DNA of 63,955 nt, filler included, from Reclinomonas americana ATCC 50394 (taxonomy: Eukaryota): NCBI GenBank assembly GCA_048213135.1. It is 7 parts of 7 records of this genome, joined end to end, with 100 filler letters (N's around TTAATTAATTAA, not from the genome) between each part and the next. Parts side by side here need not be neighbours in the genome. Positions count along the whole stretch, not along the records: positions 14,462 to 29,967 come from PS015978.1; positions 30,068 to 37,989 come from AFZH01016336.1; 5 more parts are not named here. One strand, 5' to 3'. The position numbers and the translations under genes were made by a program. Below the pieces are notes generated by a model. That model did no database searches and was not told the DNA's origin. It worked only from the letters and a program-made list of their open reading frames with translations. Positions 22,731 through 31,328 of the stretch are shown in pieces. Each line of letters starts with the position of its first letter. The first letter of the stretch is position 1.

Positions 22731-23282
22731 TCATTGTCGCTGAACAAAGTCATGGTCGATGACGCTCACCACCCCCGCCGTCTGCCACTCGTGCAGAACC
22801 GTGGCAATGTCGGGCAGAGATCGGGTGCTTGCCGGTGGACAGAGTGTGTAGCCGCCATTGACTCCCCATGGTGCAATGGCACGGAGATCAGGCACGACCA
22901 CCACATGCACGATGGCCATCACTGGGTCCCACAGGAAGAACTGGTCGGAGGTGGGCTCGATGGCATTGGGTTCGGGGTACAGCACCACACCGGCATCGGG
23001 ATGGCGCTCGTCTCGCCAGAGCAGACGCAAACCCAAGGCCGAGCGCAGCTGTCCCACCGGCACCATGTCGGCAATGGCATCTCGCGTCGTGTAGCCTTGT
23101 GCAAAGTAGCGCGTTCCATCGTCTCGGATGCCGACCACCAAGGCGAGGATGGGCCGGGCGAGCATCGAGTAGAGTTCGGAGAGTTCGACCGCGCGCCGAC
23201 GATCCTCCACCGACCGTGTGTAGAGTTCGTAGGACCAGTAGAGAGCGAGGCCGAGCGCGATGAGCTGTATGGCGTTTTCCAT
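22731..23282 (-). CDS. N-anchored viral membrane protein (paralogue of 24700-25302)
   Basis: MENAIQLIALGLALYWSYELYTR...RPILALVVGIRDDG...GVVLYP...LWDP. Confidence 0.65.
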   Translation of the reverse strand: MENAIQLIALGLALYWSYELYTRSVEDRRRAVELSELYSMLARPILALVVGIRDDGTRYFAQGYTTRDAIADMVPVGQLRSALGLRLLWRDERHPDAGVVLYPEPNAIEPTSDQFFLWDPVMAIVHVVVVPDLRAIAPWGVNGGYTLCPPASTRSLPDIATVLHEWQTAGVVSVIDHDFVQRQ

Positions 23283-23322
23283 GGATGACCTACTATACAA
23301 CGCTGAGACAAGACAAGATAGA

Positions 23323-23865
23323 ATGAGCGGCAGCAGAAAGCGCACGACCACAGTAGTGGAGCTACCACCCACCGACCGCGATGATGGAGCCGGACCATCC
23401 GGATCGAAGCCGCCGCCACGGAGAGGGCGAGTCAACATGGACCGCCACATGGTGCACCACTTTCTCACCCTCAACTACAACAAGTCTAGATGCGAGGAGA
23501 GCGAGGCACAGCTGAAGCGGGCACTCGACACGCTGCTGGAGCGCCAAGAGGAGTTTCTGCAACAACTCGACGAGGCGAATGAGCCACTGACCGACGTTGA
23601 GCCAGCACGCATCGACTCTGTCCAGTTCAGCATCGAGTGTGGTGGTGTGAGGAAGCGGGCTCACCTCCATGCAGTGGTGGCCTCCGAGGGACGAGGCAAG
23701 GTGAAGCTCGATCTCGCCCGTATTCGCGAGGCGTTGGCGGTGGAGGAAGGCGGCAAGAGGAAGCGGTGCTACATCAATGTGCGCTGGCTCCGCACCACCC
23801 GACCCCTGGAGGACCAACTGCGCGACATGGTGCGCTATGCCAGCAAATCGAGAGGGAAAGTATGA
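23323..23865 (+). CDS. HUH-superfamily (rolling-circle Rep-type) endonuclease, stand-alone
   Basis: Motif I HFLTLN, motif II IECGGVRKRAHLHAVV and motif III VRYASK, in canonical order. An alternative in-frame ATG lies at 23281. Confidence 0.82.
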   Translation: MSGSRKRTTTVVELPPTDRDDGAGPSGSKPPPRRGRVNMDRHMVHHFLTLNYNKSRCEESEAQLKRALDTLLERQEEFLQQLDEANEPLTDVEPARIDSVQFSIECGGVRKRAHLHAVVASEGRGKVKLDLARIREALAVEEGGKRKRCYINVRWLRTTRPLEDQLRDMVRYASKSRGKV

Positions 23866-23884
23866 GCGATCAAGGTATCCTATC

Positions 23885-24703
23885 ATGACTGAAATTCAAG
23901 AGGCGCTCAACTGGCTGGCCAATGTACGCGGCATGCACTGGCCGACCTCGGTGGAGTCCATTGATGGCAAAGGCGTCTTTGTGCTGCGTGGCGGCATGCG
24001 AGTGTGGAATCTGTGGGCGAGTGAGAGTGGGATCGCTCGAGCGCTCACGAGGAGAATCATGAGCAACATACCACTCCAGCAGTCACTCGACATTACCACC
24101 TTTATGACCATTCGCCCCGTTGTCGACAATGCCGCCCTGTTGGTGGAGGAGGCCGGTGGCAATGGACGCTCGTTCTGGATCACCATGTTTGGTGGCAGCG
24201 CACTCGGCCTCGCCGGCTTCTGGTTGCAACTCAAGGTGAGAGAGTGGTACTATCGCCTCTTCGACCCGCTCTATCAGTGGCAAGAGGAGGAGGAGGAGGA
24301 GGAGGAGCCATCGATGCCGACGGAACCGCCGATGCCACCGAGGAGACGGAAACGACCAACAAGGACTCTTCTCAACGACTACACTCTCGATCTACTCATG
24401 GCACAACCCACAACACCCACCACACGACATACCGTTGGTGGCACCACATTCCACCTCCCCGCCATTCGCTTCTCCGCTCCTCCCTCTCCTCCTCCGCCCC
24501 CAACGCCTCCTCTTCCGCCTCCTCGACCGAATCCCGATCCCACTCCCGATCCCACGCCTCCTCCGATGCCGCCTCCACCACCAACGCCTCCATCACCTCC
24601 ACCGCCCCTGGACGAACAGGTGAGTCGCGGTGTGGGTGGATCGGTGGTTCTCGTGGTGGTCGGCGCCATTGCTGCTGTCATCCTTGTCGCCACCATCGAT
24701 TAG
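23885..24703 (+). CDS. Viral Pro-rich membrane protein
   Basis: Internal hydrophobic helix, poly-E and poly-P tracts, and C-terminal TM VVLVVVGAIAAVILVATI. Confidence 0.65.
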   Translation: MTEIQEALNWLANVRGMHWPTSVESIDGKGVFVLRGGMRVWNLWASESGIARALTRRIMSNIPLQQSLDITTFMTIRPVVDNAALLVEEAGGNGRSFWITMFGGSALGLAGFWLQLKVREWYYRLFDPLYQWQEEEEEEEEPSMPTEPPMPPRRRKRPTRTLLNDYTLDLLMAQPTTPTTRHTVGGTTFHLPAIRFSAPPSPPPPPTPPLPPPRPNPDPTPDPTPPPMPPPPPTPPSPPPPLDEQVSRGVGGSVVLVVVGAIAAVILVATID

Positions 24704-25302
24704 ACGCGAACCACCCTGGTGATGAGGAGCACCGTCTCCAACCTCTTCAGCATCAAGTCGATGAGGTGAAAGTGCACAGGCTGATCAAAGCGCGGCGAGA
24801 GGAATCCCTGCACCGACGCCTTCCAGTCAATGAGGTTGATGGCACTGGGCGACGACAACACAATGTGGTACACCTCTCTTCTCAGCGGGTTCCACAGGCG
24901 GTACTCGCGAAACTCGAGCGGTGGGTCGGCAGCGACGGGATACATCACCACCACACCATCGAGCCATTGCATCTGATACCCCGCTCTCCGCAACTGCTCC
25001 TCTGTGTGTATGCCGCGCAACACCCCCATGGCCAGCTGTTCACGCTTGTAGACACCCTGGCGCAACGAGCCATCATCATCCGTGGTGAGTGCGATGATCG
25101 GCATTGATGGCCGCCTCATCATTGCATCAAATGCACGCGCACCATCATCAGCATCCGCTCCTCCTCTTCTCCGTCGTGTGTAGGTCTCCCATGCCAGGTA
25201 GAGGAGAAAGGCACCAGCGACGAGTGACGCGACAATGTTCGTCGCTCGAGTTGTCGGCGACATGGATGGAGATTGACCGGACAACAATTTTTTCGCGCGC
25301 AT
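24700..25302 (-). CDS. N-anchored viral membrane protein (paralogue of 22731-23282)
   Basis: IVASLVAGAFLLYLAWETYTR...RPSMPIIALTTDDDG...GVVVMYP...LWNP. Confidence 0.65.
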   Translation of the reverse strand: MRAKKLLSGQSPSMSPTTRATNIVASLVAGAFLLYLAWETYTRRRRGGADADDGARAFDAMMRRPSMPIIALTTDDDGSLRQGVYKREQLAMGVLRGIHTEEQLRRAGYQMQWLDGVVVMYPVAADPPLEFREYRLWNPLRREVYHIVLSSPSAINLIDWKASVQGFLSPRFDQPVHFHLIDLMLKRLETVLLITRVVRV

Positions 25303-25450
25303 GAAGTTTGGTTTCCGCTCGGGAGAGAGAGAGAGAGGAGGAGAGAGGAGGGAGAGAGGAGAGGGAGAGGAGAGAGGAGGATGAAGATGATGATCATCAT
25401 GATCAACAGAGGTGCGGAATGAAATGTTTGTCTGTTCGAGCTATTAAAAA

Positions 25451-25517
25451 TAGTTCAGCCGAGTTTGACTCTCGACTCTCATTGCTGAGGTCGGAGGTTC
25501 GATTCCGGGGTCGCGCA
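25451..25517 (+). ncRNA. Degenerate tRNA-like sequence / Pol III A-box and B-box
   Basis: TAGTTCAGCCG (A-box-like) and GGTTCGATTCC (B-box) at tRNA-like spacing, with CTCAT..CTGAGGTC between them. The acceptor and T stems do not pair properly. Confidence 0.3.
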
Positions 25518-26049
25518 TTTAAATTGTTATTTATTTGCACACCCATCCCGTGTTGTTTCAGGGCCATAGCGCCATCACTGGCAACTGAAGGGGACGCATC
25601 GACAATCTCTGGCAGGGATGCCTTGTGCGCTTGGTTGGCTTTAGACTTGACCTCCTTGTGAGATGTTCGCCTCGCCGTAATACTTCCTGTGTCACCCACC
25701 ACATGCCCTGCTGGAGTAGATGCCCCTCTTCTGTGCCCATGGCCCATTTTTTTGGAATCGTCATCGATCATCATCATTGTCAACCATCATCTGGCATCAT
25801 TGCTCTCACTGACACTTATCATTCAGCTCATAGTGCCCTTGCAGCCTAACATTAGGTTGTTGTTGTCGACGTCACCACAGTTGGACGATCGGTGGCCTTG
25901 GCGATGGGTGGGAATGGAGAACTGCAGGTACCGGAATGGTCATGGGAGGACTAACGACTACAGTATGGTATATTCGGAGTCGCTTCATCAAAGAATTGCA
26001 TCAACACAACACAGGAGAACAACGGGAAAGAACAATCATCGGAATCGAA

Positions 26050-27093
26050 TTAATCGTCATCGTCATCGTCATCGGCATCCGCATCAACATCGTGGCCACC
26101 TCGAGTGCGCTTGCCGGAAACGGTACCGGTGGGTTGCTCGCTAGCGCTCTTGATATGATAGCCGATGGGCTTCATCGCTTCTTCTTCCGCGGCCGGCACC
26201 TCCGCGGCCGCACGTCGAGCGCGCTCGTCGGCATCGTCAATCGTGGCTGGTTCATTGGACACACCGGAGCCGCTGCCTTCACCGTCGTCGTCAGGAGCAC
26301 CCGAGCTCGATCCCGATTCGGAGCCAGAGTCCATCAAGTACGACCGCATCGTTTTGATGGCGAAGTCAAGCTTGTCTTCCGTGAGCTTGGCAACCGCTTT
26401 CATCACGTCGGTCACCACAGAATTTCGAGTCCTCTGTTGCACATTCTGCTTCGCCGCCAAGCAAAGCGCGAGGACCTTGGGCAACTGGCCGGCTGCATAC
26501 GCCTCTCCGAGGTGCTTGGGGATAAGCTCAACATGGTTGATTTTGATGGCGTTGATCAATCCATAACAGACTGATCCTCGGTCAGTCATCGTTGCAACCT
26601 GCAGACGGTCCGCTGGTAGATTGTTACGATTCAGGTCGTCGAGGGTGAGGTTGTCCATCAGTTCTGCGCGTTCGTCCGTCGGCGCGTGCACCGGTGTTGT
26701 CGACCGCGGTTGATCTTGATCACGAGAGGAAACAGTACGATTGCTTGCCCACACGGCCGGCCTGGACGGCACCGACAAAATATCACCATCACTGTCTGTG
26801 TAGGCGCCAAGCTCGGCAACTTGTTGCAGGTGGCGTTCGTGTCGCGTAGGCATGCGCAGCGGGGCGGAAGCAGTGCACGTGCTGCATGGCAAGCCGTGAC
26901 GTCTCAACGCCTCCGACACACTGGACTTGTTGCCGTCCTTGTCAACCAACACGAAAGTCACGCGACTGGTCCAGATGGTAATCGGCGGCGTTGGGAACCG
27001 TTGGCAAGCACGGAGATAGTCATCGATCGCCGCGCTGATTTGCTCGTAATCGGGATATTGTGAGTGATCATGTTGGCGATCACTGGTGGATGC
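26050..27093 (-). CDS. Viral hypothetical protein with acidic tail; open frame lacks an ATG at its 5' end
   Basis: Frame is open from 27093 and overlaps the helicase stop; ends DVDADADDDDDDD. Confidence 0.55.
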   Translation of the reverse strand, partial: ASTSDRQHDHSQYPDYEQISAAIDDYLRACQRFPTPPITIWTSRVTFVLVDKDGNKSSVSEALRRHGLPCSTCTASAPLRMPTRHERHLQQVAELGAYTDSDGDILSVPSRPAVWASNRTVSSRDQDQPRSTTPVHAPTDERAELMDNLTLDDLNRNNLPADRLQVATMTDRGSVCYGLINAIKINHVELIPKHLGEAYAAGQLPKVLALCLAAKQNVQQRTRNSVVTDVMKAVAKLTEDKLDFAIKTMRSYLMDSGSESGSSSGAPDDDGEGSGSGVSNEPATIDDADERARRAAAEVPAAEEEAMKPIGYHIKSASEQPTGTVSGKRTRGGHDVDADADDDDDDD

Positions 27094-29773
27094 TCATTGT
27101 TGTGTATGGATCAGTGAAGTTTCTATTATTTATCGCCTGAAGAGTCTGCATCATGAGGCAGAACTCCTCATGGGGCATTTCCTGCTCGTACTCGGTAATA
27201 TCGCCAGCACGAGGCATACGTCGCAGGCCAACGTCAAACTCCATGAATCGAAGAGCCGTCCCCAACTTATCGCGTTGACTTGAAGTAACCGTCGCCAACC
27301 ATTCCTCGTCCACGTCTGGATTCTCGAAGCACTTGGCGAAATCCAACTGGCCGTTGAATTTATCGTTGATGGCTTGCATGGCATGCTCGAACAACGCTCG
27401 CGGAGTGGCCGGCACAGTAAATGGGAGCTTCGGTCCCGAACTTCCGAGCTCAGTGACTCCAATACTGTTCAGTCCCAGCCTCCGAGAGTCTGGATTCATG
27501 TTGGTGCGACCCCACTCCATTTTGGTCATAGGATCATGCGAGACGATAAAGTTTTCGCCGTCCGTTGAATCTCGTGCGTACAAATTGTACAATTGCGCAC
27601 GCTCTTCCGTGGCCTGGCCGTGGTTGAACTGGCGGTGGTTGTCGTGGTTGAACTGGCCGTGGTTGTCGTGGTTGAACCGGCGGTGGCTGTGGATGACACC
27701 GCCGGATTGGGCTTTGACACCTTGTCTGCACAGAATGCTGACGTGCTTCGCCTTCCGCGGCCGGAACCCGACCAGTGACAATGGCGATTTGTGGAATCGC
27801 TTAGCATCGCCACCCAGTTCCAACAACTTGAACGTTAGTGGAAGTTCACGGGCGACTTGGAAGTCGAAGAAACCGCGGTTGTAGAACGCACGGTGCTTGA
27901 TGGCATCGTGGTAATATGCCAGCGGGTCAAGCTGGAGCAGCCACCAGTAAATCTCCGCGCACGACACTCTCGCCTCATCCGTCATCTTGTCGAACGCCTC
28001 TCCGAGACGAGCCACACGGGGCTTAACGATCTCATCGTAGTAGAGTTCGTTTTCACTGGCAAGGTCCACCACAGCAAAACGCCGAGCCTTGTCACCACCC
28101 TTGTCAGCCGTCTGATTTCTCTCTCCAAGCAAATGCTTCTTGTTGCTGTTGAGGTAGAGCCACGAGTTGTTTCTGACCATTGTAGAGTCCTTGTACATCA
28201 TCCTCGACGGCACCTCCTCCTTGCCGATGAGTCGCTTGAAGTCCGCCATTATATCGTCAGTGTCCTTCTCCGAACCGTTAACTTCGCACTCGTCATACGC
28301 CACCCAGCGAATTTTTCGAGCGTCGTACAGAGAAAACGACGACCGAGAAAACTGACTCGAACTGACTTCTTGCACGCAGCCGTGGCCGATCATGCCCTTG
28401 ATCACATGCGTCAGCGTGGACTTCAACAAGCCCTGATCGCCGGAAACGACAAGGCATATCTGTCTCAGCTCTTTCTCGTTGGGATCGACAACACATCGAA
28501 TGTATGTCACGAGCTGCTCGAAGTAACACAGCGAGCCGTGGGAGAACACCTCAAAGATGTGTTGCAACCACAGTTTGGTGAGCTCAGACGGACCGTCTTC
28601 CGACCACGGTCGCGGCTCAATCGGGGTCTGGTACGTGTTCAGGATGAGATCCATAGTCCCGTCCCCCACAGGAACGACTTGCCGTGGGTCACCCCAGAAC
28701 AATTCAGACCGCACGATCTCTGGCCGACAGTAAATAATGTCCTCCAGTGCTCCCTCGTCAAACGTTCCACCACTGCGCAATACGTCCTCCGTGACTTGAG
28801 TGCCGTGCGCCATGCCGTACTTGTACAACTGTTTTCCGTATGACGACGTTGCCTCTCGAAATTTCATCATGCCATCGTAGGTCACGCGTATGTTCGCGCT
28901 GTTCTTCGCCGTGGCTGAGCAAACTCGCGGAGCCGTAACCGGATCGATCAGGAACTTGAATCTGAGAGCCTTCTTGATCAGCCGATCGTACTTCTGAGTC
29001 AAGCCGTGCAGTTTGTCCGTGTCCGACTTCTTGTTCTTGTAATCCTCCGTTATGTCCTCCGCCTCGTCGCACTTTTTGCAGTAATACTCGAGCTTGTCCG
29101 TCGCCCAACGGATGTACTCGTCCACAGATTCGTCCAGTCTGTCTGGGTCGATCAGCTTGCAGCCCGAGTCATCAGCCTGGATCTTGTCAAACACGGTGAA
29201 GTTGCGGGGAAGTTTTGCAGCCTTCTTAGCCGCTTGACGACATTCGTCATACACGTTCCAGTTGGCCAATATGAGCTTCAGCACTTCGATGTCCGCCTGA
29301 ATTTTCGGGACGTGTTCGATGTTGGCGGTTACCAGCTTGGCCGTCAGCGCCTCGATCTTCTTATCGACGTGTTCTCTCTTGTTCGAGTAGTGCTTGTGCT
29401 CCTCCGGGAGACCGCCATAGTCGAAGGCGACCGACACAGCAGAAACGGTATCCGACACAGCAGAAACGGTATCCGACACGGCAGAAACGGTATCCGACAC
29501 GGCAGAAACGGTATCCGACACGATAGAATTCGATGAAGCGGCAGGAGCGGCGGCTGTCGGAGCAAACGGATCGCCGAACATGCGGAACAACATGTTGATT
29601 TCGTCGTTGCCCGCGAGGCTTTCGTCCTTCTCAACCATGCGATAGATCATCGGCCAGGCCTTGCGCCACTGGTTCTTGATGAGAGGCTTCTTCTCGATCG
29701 CCTCCGCAGTGATGTCGCCACGAAGCAGGCGAGCAACCTTCTCGCGCGCGTCCTCCTCTGGGTTCGGGTTCAT
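27080..29773 (-). CDS. Large superfamily-3 (D5/NrS-1/DUF5906-type) helicase
   Basis: LNTY upstream motif, variant Walker A SGDQGLLKST, Walker B WVAYDE, FKRLI...RMMYKD, sensor motif LYLNSN and arginine finger RRFAV. Two 21-nt coding repeats (SDTVSAV; FNHDNHxQ). Confidence 0.85.
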   Translation of the reverse strand: MNPNPEEDAREKVARLLRGDITAEAIEKKPLIKNQWRKAWPMIYRMVEKDESLAGNDEINMLFRMFGDPFAPTAAAPAASSNSIVSDTVSAVSDTVSAVSDTVSAVSDTVSAVSVAFDYGGLPEEHKHYSNKREHVDKKIEALTAKLVTANIEHVPKIQADIEVLKLILANWNVYDECRQAAKKAAKLPRNFTVFDKIQADDSGCKLIDPDRLDESVDEYIRWATDKLEYYCKKCDEAEDITEDYKNKKSDTDKLHGLTQKYDRLIKKALRFKFLIDPVTAPRVCSATAKNSANIRVTYDGMMKFREATSSYGKQLYKYGMAHGTQVTEDVLRSGGTFDEGALEDIIYCRPEIVRSELFWGDPRQVVPVGDGTMDLILNTYQTPIEPRPWSEDGPSELTKLWLQHIFEVFSHGSLCYFEQLVTYIRCVVDPNEKELRQICLVVSGDQGLLKSTLTHVIKGMIGHGCVQEVSSSQFSRSSFSLYDARKIRWVAYDECEVNGSEKDTDDIMADFKRLIGKEEVPSRMMYKDSTMVRNNSWLYLNSNKKHLLGERNQTADKGGDKARRFAVVDLASENELYYDEIVKPRVARLGEAFDKMTDEARVSCAEIYWWLLQLDPLAYYHDAIKHRAFYNRGFFDFQVARELPLTFKLLELGGDAKRFHKSPLSLVGFRPRKAKHVSILCRQGVKAQSGGVIHSHRRFNHDNHGQFNHDNHRQFNHGQATEERAQLYNLYARDSTDGENFIVSHDPMTKMEWGRTNMNPDSRRLGLNSIGVTELGSSGPKLPFTVPATPRALFEHAMQAINDKFNGQLDFAKCFENPDVDEEWLATVTSSQRDKLGTALRFMEFDVGLRRMPRAGDITEYEQEMPHEEFCLMMQTLQAINNRNFTDPYTTMSIHQ

Positions 29774-30067
29774 GTTACTGGTCTGTCCGATATTGGTTAG
29801 CGAAAATTCAGCCAGTATCGTCACGGACTAATGACTGACCTTGTTGGTGTTGTTGTCGGTACTGTTGCTGGGTTGGTTGTCGGGTCGGTTTGGTGTTTGC
29901 TTTTGATGCTGCTGCAAAAGTCAACACAAAGCTATGAGAGAGTTGCCAGGCGTGACAACAAGAGGAANNNNNNNNNNNNNNNNNNNNNNNNNNNNNNNNN
30001 NNNNNNNNNNNTTAATTAATTAANNNNNNNNNNNNNNNNNNNNNNNNNNNNNNNNNNNNNNNNNNNN

Positions 30068-30295
<228 letters not shown>

Positions 30296-30311
30296 TTCTC
30301 TCATCTCACAG

Positions 30312-30668
30312 ACCACGACCGCCGCCGGCACACTGGACTACATGGATCCACTGGCAATGCGAGTGAGGATTCCGGATCCAGAGCACGACGTGTACAGCAT
30401 GGGTATCGTGCTGGTGCAGCTGGTCACTGGCAAGCCCGTGGCCACCGTCGTGGATTGGTCTGTGAGATGGGATCGCTCTGCTGCCTCGTTGCGCCCCATG
30501 GAGCTGCTGGATGGAGGGGCAGAGTGGACGCCGCGCATCGCGGAACCGATGTTTGAGCTCGGAATGCGCTGTATGAGTGTGCGACGCGATCGTCCGACCT
30601 CGCAGGAGGTGCTCGATGTGATGCGTGCACTCCGCGATGCGTATGGACAGTTTACGCTGGAACTTTGA
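30312..30668 (+). CDS. C-terminal exon of an IRAK/RLK-Pelle-type kinase (subdomains VIII-XI)
   Basis: AAGTLDYMDP...DVYSMGIVLVQLVTGKP...LGMRCMSVRRDRPTSQEV. Confidence 0.85.
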   Translation, partial: TTTAAGTLDYMDPLAMRVRIPDPEHDVYSMGIVLVQLVTGKPVATVVDWSVRWDRSAASLRPMELLDGGAEWTPRIAEPMFELGMRCMSVRRDRPTSQEVLDVMRALRDAYGQFTLEL

Positions 30669-31328
30669 GGTAAATGCAGGTTGTGTCTGAGTGTTCTTGT
30701 GCGGCTTGTTGCAGCTTCATTGCGAAGGAGTGTGCGATCACGCGTGTGACAGTGAGAACAAAATGCCTGCGAGAACAGAATCCATGTTTTGCAGACGACG
30801 TGCGGATAAATTATCCTCAGGGATGTCGCGTAAAACCCACTTCCTCCGTAACAGCCTGGCACACATCAAGGCACTCTCCTCTCACTCGCCATTTGCCACA
30901 ATGCACGCTCCTCCAATCCTCCGACGACTTCTCACAGAAACCCGGCACCTCTTGTCAGATCCACCACTTCCCGTCACTCACTCTCTTTTCTCATGAGCGC
31001 GACCTCTGTCATCGCGCACCTCTTTGAGGAAACACACAAGCCGCCTCTCACCCTCACACTCTCCTCCACACGCTCACAAGAAGACCTGCTGAGCGAGTTA
31101 CCTGCACACACACATCTCCTCTCTGACTTTTTGTCACTCACACACTCTCTCTCTCTCACGCACGCCCTCTCACAGCATCTGCCAGCACTGCGCCGACGCC
31201 TCTCCCCTCACTCTGACATTTGATGGAGCTCTCTTGGTGACTGACAATGAGCAAGCACAACAGGTCCGATCACTGAACGCTCTCTTTCAACTCTTCTCCC
31301 TCTGCTCACTCTGTTCTCCCACACACAG

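Larger units (their letters stand above)
14462..29967. mobile_element. Small double-jelly-roll DNA virus / endogenous viral element (Mriyavirus- or PLV-like) with HUH endonuclease
   Basis: About 18 tightly packed intron-less ORFs, including MCP, penton, A32 ATPase, HUH endonuclease and SF3 helicase. It largely lacks the host's intronic microsatellites. Confidence 0.88.

Noticed and set aside
25444..25517. Functional tRNA-Met gene
   Set aside because: The acceptor and T stems do not base-pair; kept only as a tRNA-like box pair.
25403..26050. Short ORFs in the viral intergenic region
   Set aside because: No recognisable motifs and several competing frames; coding status unsupported.
14462..29967. 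Classical Polinton/Maverick or virophage call
   Set aside because: No pPolB, rve integrase or adenovirus-type cysteine protease was recognised; an HUH gene is present instead.
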